Assembly: GCA_964550615.1 (NCBI GenBank)
Contig: CAZKAB010000002.1
Span: 15,731 to 79,730, forward strand
From: an uncultured Thermotogae bacterium
GTDB lineage: Bacteria > Bipolaricaulota > Bipolaricaulia > UBA7950 > UBA9294
Length of the DNA: 64,000 nt
Direction of reading: 5' to 3'
Every line of letters starts with the position of its first letter. Position 1 is the stretch's first letter. Made by a program: the position numbers and the translations under genes. Positions 57,924 through 64,000 of the stretch are shown here, piece by piece. The notes under the pieces are model-generated. The model did not search any database. It saw nothing but the letters and a program-made list of their open reading frames with translations, and was not told the DNA's origin.

Positions 57924-59567
57924 TCACTTGCCCGGGCACTGAGCGTAGACGGCCTTATCGAGACCTTTGTTTCCATACGCCTTATCGAAGTGAGCGGCAA
58001 ACTCGTCCGCGAGCCTGCGCGAGCGGGCATCGTAGGCGGACTTGTCCTCCCACGTGTTCCTTGGATTCAGGATCTCGGCGGGAACGTCCGGACAAACGCG
58101 CGGGATGAGTACGTGGAAGGTCAGATCTTCGTCGTATTCAACATTGTCCAGTCCGCCGGTTAATGCGGCATGCACCATTGCCCGCGTCAATGTGATGTCC
58201 ATTCTCTTTCCAACACCGTACGGACCGCCTGACCAGCCGGTATTCACCAGATAGACGGTCGTGTTGTGGGCGGCCATCTTGTCGCCGAGCATACGCGCAT
58301 ACACATCGGGATTGCGCGGCATGAACGGCTCGCCGAAGAACCTGGAAAACGTCGTCTTCGGCTCGACGATCCCGGTTTCGGTCCCCGCGAGCTTGCTCGT
58401 GTATCCCATCAGGAACCAAAGCATCGCTTGTTCCTTGGTAAGCTTGGCGATCGGCGGCAGGACGCCGTTGGCGTCTGCGGTAAGGAAGAGGATTGTCGCC
58501 GGATGTCCGCCGGTAGACGTTTCCTTGATGTTCGCCAGATAGCGTAGCGGGTATGAGGCACGCGAGTTTGGCGTAAACCGGTCGTCGTACAGGTCGAACT
58601 CGCCACTCGGATAGACCATCGCGTTCTCTACGATCGAACCGTGCGACAGGTAGTCATCATCATGCATCACGGCACTGTAAATCTCCGGTTCCTTTGACGG
58701 ATCCAGGTCGATCAACTTGGCATAACACCCGTTCTCGAAGTTGGCGATTCCATCATCGCCCCAGCCGTGTTCGTCGTCGCCCAGCAGGGCGCGGCGTGGA
58801 TCGGCGGACAGGGTTGTCTTGCCGGTGCCCGACAAGCCGAGGAGGAGCGCAGTATCTCCGTTCTTCCCCTCATTCGCCGAGCAATGTAGAGGTAGGATTC
58901 CCTCAGCGGGAAGCAGGTAGTTCATCACGGTAAACATCAGTTTCTTCACCGACCCGGCATACGCGGAGCCGTAGACTACGCCGATGCGGCGATCAAAGTC
59001 CATTCCGATGATCATCGTCGATGTCTTGCCGGTTGTTGGATCGATCCTCAGTCGCCCGGAATAGCGCTCGGGGTCGAGCTTGTCATCAGGAACGACGAGG
59101 AGGGTGAACGGTCTGCCGGCGAACGTACTCCTCTCGATGTCCACCGGGACGGGGCGGAACATGTTGTCGGTGAACAGCGCCGTCAGCGCGCGGCTGCCGA
59201 TGGTCTTCACCGGCAATGCGTAGGATAAATCCGCTCCTAGGACGCGGTCTGTGACATAGATCCGATCCTTACCTGCCAGTTTGGTTATCGCGTCTTCGAG
59301 GACCATGTCGAACGTCTCCTCATCGATCGGGATGTTGTTCGGCGAATCCCAATCGATCTCGCCCGCACTCGCGGCTCGTTTTACGGTGAGCGTGTCCTTG
59401 GGGCTGCGGCCGGTCGATTCGGGTCGGGTCCAGGTGGCGAGCGCACCGCAGGCGCTGATAATGACCTCTTTGCTGGCGACACAGTCGGCGATCATTGTCT
59501 TGCGGGAGGGGTTGTCGATGACGTGCGCGTGCGTCATGAGCTCGCGCAGGCTATGCTCGAGATTCAT
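57924..59567 (-). CDS. pckA: Phosphoenolpyruvate carboxykinase (ATP)
   Basis: Kinase-1a loop GLSGTGKTT and PEPCK-ATP-specific motifs. Start refined to the MNLEHSL ATG at 59567 with an AAGGTGA RBS. Confidence 0.85.
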   Translation of the reverse strand: MNLEHSLRELMTHAHVIDNPSRKTMIADCVASKEVIISACGALATWTRPESTGRSPKDTLTVKRAASAGEIDWDSPNNIPIDEETFDMVLEDAITKLAGKDRIYVTDRVLGADLSYALPVKTIGSRALTALFTDNMFRPVPVDIERSTFAGRPFTLLVVPDDKLDPERYSGRLRIDPTTGKTSTMIIGMDFDRRIGVVYGSAYAGSVKKLMFTVMNYLLPAEGILPLHCSANEGKNGDTALLLGLSGTGKTTLSADPRRALLGDDEHGWGDDGIANFENGCYAKLIDLDPSKEPEIYSAVMHDDDYLSHGSIVENAMVYPSGEFDLYDDRFTPNSRASYPLRYLANIKETSTGGHPATILFLTADANGVLPPIAKLTKEQAMLWFLMGYTSKLAGTETGIVEPKTTFSRFFGEPFMPRNPDVYARMLGDKMAAHNTTVYLVNTGWSGGPYGVGKRMDITLTRAMVHAALTGGLDNVEYDEDLTFHVLIPRVCPDVPAEILNPRNTWEDKSAYDARSRRLADEFAAHFDKAYGNKGLDKAVYAQCPGK

Positions 59568-59676
59568 CGTGATTTCACCTTCAGGCTTGTGCTCCACACC
59601 GTGCGGCGAACTCGGCTGGTGCAGGCGAGGTATCATACCCGACTGGAATGGGAAAATCACATCGACTGCGGCTAAC

Positions 59677-60132
59677 ATGGTTCAAATGAATACGATCGAC
59701 AACGAACTCTTGATGTCCATACAAGGTGCGGCTTCATTTGAGGATGCATGTCGCTTTGCAGTCAGCTGGCTGCGTGAAAATGGGGAGCACTTCGACTGGG
59801 TGGGAATATACATCGTACAGGGCGACCATCTTATGCTTACCGCTTGGGACGGTCCGGACGCGACAGAACACGTGCGCATCCCGGTCGGAATGGGAATTTG
59901 TGGTCTTGCTGCTCGAACTGGAGATACAGTGATCGTCGACGATGTTAACGCCGACGCACGCTATCTCGCCTGCTTCCCGCAGACACGGGCAGAGATTGTT
60001 GTTCCCATCTGTCATGACGGGCGAGTTATCGGTGAAATCGACATCGATTCCGACAAACCCGCCGCCTTCTCGGTGGCGGATCGGGTACTGCTTGAACAGA
60101 TAGCCGCGTTGCTCGGGAAACGAGCGGAATAA
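59677..60132 (+). CDS. GAF-domain protein, free methionine-(R)-sulfoxide reductase (fRMsr/MsrC)-like
   Basis: 151-aa stand-alone GAF domain with the fRMsr-like motif ICGLAARTGDTVIVDDVNADARYLACFPQTRAEIVVPI…GEIDIDS. The ORF-track start at 59281 overlaps pckA and is rejected. Confidence 0.6.
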   Translation: MVQMNTIDNELLMSIQGAASFEDACRFAVSWLRENGEHFDWVGIYIVQGDHLMLTAWDGPDATEHVRIPVGMGICGLAARTGDTVIVDDVNADARYLACFPQTRAEIVVPICHDGRVIGEIDIDSDKPAAFSVADRVLLEQIAALLGKRAE

Positions 60133-60472
60133 GCGATTGCATCTGACAGCATCTTCGTATCGAGCAATGCCGGCGAATATGGCGATAACACCTTGCCTCC
60201 CGCAAGGCCACAGGTGGTTCCGGACACAACCGTTCTTCGATACGATGACGGCGGACCTTCTTCTATGACATGAAGCAGCCGATCGGATTGGCATCGGTTG
60301 ATGAATCAGTGTGTTGTCGTCAGGAAAAGCATGCCGGATGCGCTGGTTATGTGTGAAGGGGAGGACGTAGAATATGCTCTTGGCTCCGTAAAACCCGGCA
60401 ACGTGGGTCCACCCTGCAGCATGGTTTGAGACAAGAGTCGCTGACCGGTGTTTGGAGTGAGGAGGGGGAACG

Positions 60473-61978
60473 ATGGCAAAGAAGATCGTGATCATCGGAG
60501 CAGGCATCGCGGGCTTGTCAGCGGGCTGCTACGCGCGCATGAACGGATACGATGTGGAGATCCACGAAGCACACACCGTGCCGGGAGGTCTCTGCACATC
60601 TTGGAGGCGAGGGGACTACGTTATCGATGGATGCATTCATTGGTTGACCGGATCCAGTCCGGGATCGGGCTTCTACAGCATCTGGGAGGAGCTTGGCGCA
60701 GTGCAAGGACGGCGCATGTTCGACCACGAAGTCTTCTCGACCGTTGCTGCGCGTAACGGAAAGAAGCTTCACTTGTACACTGATATCGATCGGCTTGAAG
60801 CGCACCTTAAAGAGCTATCCCCGCAGGATGCGCGCGCCATCGAGGAGTTGTGCGCACTGATCCGTCGCTTGGCCGGGTTCTCCTTCCCGATTGGAAAGCC
60901 CGCGGAACTCATGGGCATGCTCGACGGAATCCGGATGATGGCTCGCCTGCATCCGCACATGAAAGACCTTGCGACTGTCGGCGGCATGACGCTCAAGGAT
61001 CTCGGCGCACGTTTCAACGATCCGTTCCTGCGGGATGCCATCGAGAATATCTTCTTCGACGGGACAATGCCTGCCATGGCTCTGGTTATGACCCTCGGTC
61101 CGATGAGCCGGCACGCTGCCGGCTACCCGCTCGGCGGCTCGCTTGAGTTTGCTCGAGCAATTGAGAAACGCTTCATCGACCTCGACGGTAGGATCATCTA
61201 CGGATCACGTGTGGGGAAGGTCATTGAGATGGCGGGGCGTGCGGTGGGCGTTCGTCTGACCGGAGGCGGAGAAGTGGCTGCAGACTACGTCATCTCCGCC
61301 TCAGACATGCGTGCCACCCTGTTCTCTCTGCTTGACGGCAGCCGCATTGAACCGCTGCATCGTGAGCTTCTCGACACGGGGCGACTGTACGATCCGATGG
61401 TTCAAGTAGCATTTGGAGTCGACGTGGACTTATCCAACGAGATCTCGTGTGTCGGCACTGCGTACGAACTCGAGCATCCGGTCGAACTCGCGGGCCGCAA
61501 GCTATCGCACTTTCGCGTGAAGAACTACTGCTATGATCCGGCACTCGCCCCGGCAGGAAAGTCGGTGGTGATGGCGGGAACGTCGACCGATTGGTCGTAC
61601 TGGGAACCGCTCATCGCCGATCCTTCCGCCTATGCCGAGGAGAAGGAGAGAATCGTAGCGACCTGCCGGGAGGAGGTCGATCGGATATATCCCGGCTTCT
61701 CTTCGAAGATTGAGGTGACCGATATCGCGACACCGCATACATTTGCGCGCTACACCGGAAACTGGAAGGGGACGTTCATGACCTGGATGCTGTCAAGCGA
61801 TTTCCAGCGTGCACACCGCTACATCCCCAAGACCGTGCCCGGGCTGTCAGGATTCTACCTTGCGAGCATGTGGACCGATCCGCCCGGCGGTATTCCGGGC
61901 GCAGCGAGCGCCGGCCGTGGAGTTGTTCAGCTTCTGTGTCACGAGGACCGCAAGGAATTCGTCACTTCAACGCCGTAG
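60473..61978 (+). CDS. FAD-dependent oxidoreductase, phytoene desaturase (CrtI)/amine-oxidase family
   Basis: N-terminal dinucleotide-binding motif IVIIGAGIAGLSAG and 500-aa CrtI-family architecture. GAGGAGGGGG RBS. Confidence 0.7.
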   Translation: MAKKIVIIGAGIAGLSAGCYARMNGYDVEIHEAHTVPGGLCTSWRRGDYVIDGCIHWLTGSSPGSGFYSIWEELGAVQGRRMFDHEVFSTVAARNGKKLHLYTDIDRLEAHLKELSPQDARAIEELCALIRRLAGFSFPIGKPAELMGMLDGIRMMARLHPHMKDLATVGGMTLKDLGARFNDPFLRDAIENIFFDGTMPAMALVMTLGPMSRHAAGYPLGGSLEFARAIEKRFIDLDGRIIYGSRVGKVIEMAGRAVGVRLTGGGEVAADYVISASDMRATLFSLLDGSRIEPLHRELLDTGRLYDPMVQVAFGVDVDLSNEISCVGTAYELEHPVELAGRKLSHFRVKNYCYDPALAPAGKSVVMAGTSTDWSYWEPLIADPSAYAEEKERIVATCREEVDRIYPGFSSKIEVTDIATPHTFARYTGNWKGTFMTWMLSSDFQRAHRYIPKTVPGLSGFYLASMWTDPPGGIPGAASAGRGVVQLLCHEDRKEFVTSTP

Positions 61979-61981
61979 CCG

Positions 61982-62767
61982 TTATGCAAGTGGAATGGAA
62001 AAGAGCGTTACCGCATTCTGCGTGGTGGCCTGCGCGACCTGTTCGAATGTAATGTCCTTGAGACGGGCGATCTCTTCCGCTACGTACCGTACATAGGCCG
62101 GCTCGTTCCTTTTCCCTCGATACGGAACCGGAGTGAGGTACGGGCAGTCGGTCTCTATAAGAATGCGATCGAGAGGGGCTGCGGCCACGGCCTCGCGGAG
62201 GATCTCGTTCTTGTCGAAGGTCAGCGGCCCTCCGATTCCCAGGTGGAAGCCAAGGTCGATAAATTCCTCCGCCAATGCGCGATCGCCGAGGAATGAGTGA
62301 ATTACTCCACTCTTCGGCCGGTGGTTTCTCAAGATAGCAAGCATATCCTTTGTCGATTCACGATTGTGGACGATCACCGGCAGTTCGAGTTCGTCGGCGA
62401 GCTCTATCTGGTCTACGAATGCTTGCCGCTGGACGTTGCGAGGAGACAGATCGCGGTAGTAGTCGAGGCCGATCTCGCCGATTGCCACGACTGAGCTTTG
62501 CTTCGCCATTGCCCGCAAGCGCTCCATCCCTGCTGGGTCGAGCGTCTTCGCGTCGTGCGGATGGACGCCGACCGCAGCCCAGATGCATCGGTGCCGCTCG
62601 GCAAGCTTGACCGCTGCCGCGCTTGATTCAATGTCTGCTCCCACAGTAATCACGCCGATCTTCGCAGCGAACGCGTCCGCGATCACGGCGGCACGGTCGC
62701 GGTTGTAGTCCGACGAGTCGAGATGGGCATGCGTATCGATCAGTTCAATGGCTTTGGTGTCCGGCAT
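61982..62767 (-). CDS. tatD: TatD family metal-dependent hydrolase (DNase)
   Basis: TatD motifs (IDTHAHLD… GEIGLDY… VHNR…). Confidence 0.85.
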   Translation of the reverse strand: MPDTKAIELIDTHAHLDSSDYNRDRAAVIADAFAAKIGVITVGADIESSAAAVKLAERHRCIWAAVGVHPHDAKTLDPAGMERLRAMAKQSSVVAIGEIGLDYYRDLSPRNVQRQAFVDQIELADELELPVIVHNRESTKDMLAILRNHRPKSGVIHSFLGDRALAEEFIDLGFHLGIGGPLTFDKNEILREAVAAAPLDRILIETDCPYLTPVPYRGKRNEPAYVRYVAEEIARLKDITFEQVAQATTQNAVTLFSIPLA

Positions 62768-62868
62768 CGAATCGCACTCCTTGGCGGGATCCTGCTATTG
62801 TACCAGCAGGACGGGAAAGCTCGAACCCGAAGGATCAACGGAAGCCGGCACCGGAAACTGGCGCTCAT

Positions 62869-64000
62869 CTACAGACAGGCGTTCAGCTCTTTTGCGCCCG
62901 GTCCGGCGCGCACCGTGATTATCGTGGTCTCTCGTTCAAACCGGTCTCTGAAGACGGAGCATATCTGTCCTGCATAGTCGTGGGCCTGCTTGGAAGGGAC
63001 AAGGTGGAGCGTTGCGCCTCCGAATCCGCCGCCGACCAGGCGAGCGCCGATCGCTCCGTGCTCTCCCGCCCAGTCAATCAAGAAGTCCAGCTCGGCGCAG
63101 CTGACCTCGAACAGATCTCTCAGGGAAGCGTGTGAAGAGAATAGCAATTCCCCAAGTCTCTTGATGTTGTCTTCTTCCAGAGCTTTCGTTGCTTCCAGAA
63201 CGCGCTTGTTCTCCCTAACGACGTGAGTCACTCGTCGTCCTAGTACGGACGGGAGAACGTTTGTCCAGTCTCTTTCCGTCAGTATGGTGCCGACGCTGGA
63301 AAGCGACCGGATCCCGCGATCCGGGAACGCTTCCCTCAACAGGGCAAGGGCCGTCTCGCACTCGCGCCGGCGGTCGTTGTAACCGCTGCGCGAGAGAAGG
63401 CGGTGTACGTTTGTGTCGACCACCAACAAGCTTGTTTCCTCAAATGGCATAGGGACATTGCGAAAACAAAGCGAGTCTGTATTGAGGAAAAGTGCAGAAC
63501 GATCGGCCGCGAGCAGGCTTACGAGTTGGTCCATAATGCCGCAACGCGTCCCCACATACTCGTTCTCCACGCGCTGGCAAAGCCTGACCAGATCCAGATC
63601 TCCGATTGAGATCCGGTAGACATGGCACAAGCCCAGGGCAAGGGAGATTTCTAGCGCGGCGGAGCTGCTTAGCCCGGCGCCGATCGGTACGTCGCTCGTG
63701 ATGACCCCGTCAACGCCGAAAGGCAGTTCTTGCAGACGCGAGAACTCAATCAGGATCCCAATGAGGTAGTCCGACCAGTCGCCGCTTCGTTTCTGACCCT
63801 GGAGCGGCAGGCTGCGCTCGACCGTGTGGTCGTACGATGACGCATAGAACCGTACCTTGTGGTCGGAACGCGGGCGGATGCAGAGATTCGTACAGCGGTC
63901 GATCGCGAACGGCAGGACGTAGCCCCCGTTGTAGTCGGTGTGTTCCCCAATGAGATTCACACGGCCGGGCGCGCGAGCGACGATCGAGTCGGCTCCTGTA
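62869..64000 (-). CDS. galK: Galactokinase (GHMP kinase); 5' end lies beyond the window
   Basis: GalK signature …APGRVNLIGEHTDYNGG… runs upstream in frame past base 64000. GHMP ATP motif PIGAGLSSSAA. Confidence 0.8.
   Translation of the reverse strand, partial: TGADSIVARAPGRVNLIGEHTDYNGGYVLPFAIDRCTNLCIRPRSDHKVRFYASSYDHTVERSLPLQGQKRSGDWSDYLIGILIEFSRLQELPFGVDGVITSDVPIGAGLSSSAALEISLALGLCHVYRISIGDLDLVRLCQRVENEYVGTRCGIMDQLVSLLAADRSALFLNTDSLCFRNVPMPFEETSLLVVDTNVHRLLSRSGYNDRRRECETALALLREAFPDRGIRSLSSVGTILTERDWTNVLPSVLGRRVTHVVRENKRVLEATKALEEDNIKRLGELLFSSHASLRDLFEVSCAELDFLIDWAGEHGAIGARLVGGGFGGATLHLVPSKQAHDYAGQICSVFRDRFERETTIITVRAGPGAKELNACL

Noticed and set aside
1-64000. CRISPR arrays, prophage or integrative elements, rRNA or tRNA genes
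   Set aside because: No spaced direct repeats, integrase, transposase, tRNA cloverleafs or rRNA-like segments were seen on either strand. Gene density and orientation look like native chromosome.

Overview
This is a 64-kb GC-rich bacterial chromosomal window, densely coding on both strands, with about 65 genes. The content looks like core metabolism and housekeeping from a Terrabacteria-like genome (a Chloroflexota-, Deinococcota- or Firmicutes-like mix of families); I could not place the organism. I found no CRISPR array, no rRNA or tRNA, no integrase or transposase, and no obvious mobile element.

Gene content includes:
- aminoacyl-tRNA synthetases proS, lysS and asnS
- release factor 2 (prfB) with the classical programmed +1 frameshift, and greA
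- the RNase P protein rnpA at a non-canonical locus
- DNA metabolism genes: xseA/xseB, rarA, nfo
- a tal/tkt(C-terminal subunit)/thrC operon, plus pckA, lpdA, sdaA, trxB
- two tandem acyl-CoA ligases and an ADP-forming acyl-CoA synthetase
- many peptidases: PepT, an M29 aminopeptidase, an M42 peptidase, an S8 subtilase and a TldD/PmbA pair
- a NikR-controlled metal ABC uptake operon with an embedded FwdE-like gene

The more unusual items are:
- two signal-peptide, Cys-rich hypothetical proteins
- a YhbD/YhbE-like (DUF4004 plus bactofilin-like) module
- a TolB-like / secreted / bPH-like trio
- a frameshifted YciI-like pseudogene under a bidirectional terminator hairpin
- an orphan intrinsic terminator and repeated GTGGTAC motif in the proS leader (possible T-box or attenuator)
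- a 57-aa ribbon-helix-helix ORF missed by the ORF track
- a 650-bp ORF-poor, AT-richer gap next to tldD

Many ORF-track entries begin at non-ATG (GTG/TTG) codons or carry spurious N-terminal extensions. I refined starts using ribosome-binding-site motifs. None of the accessory-looking clusters here amounts to a clearly new multi-gene system; I list them below as candidates with caveats.
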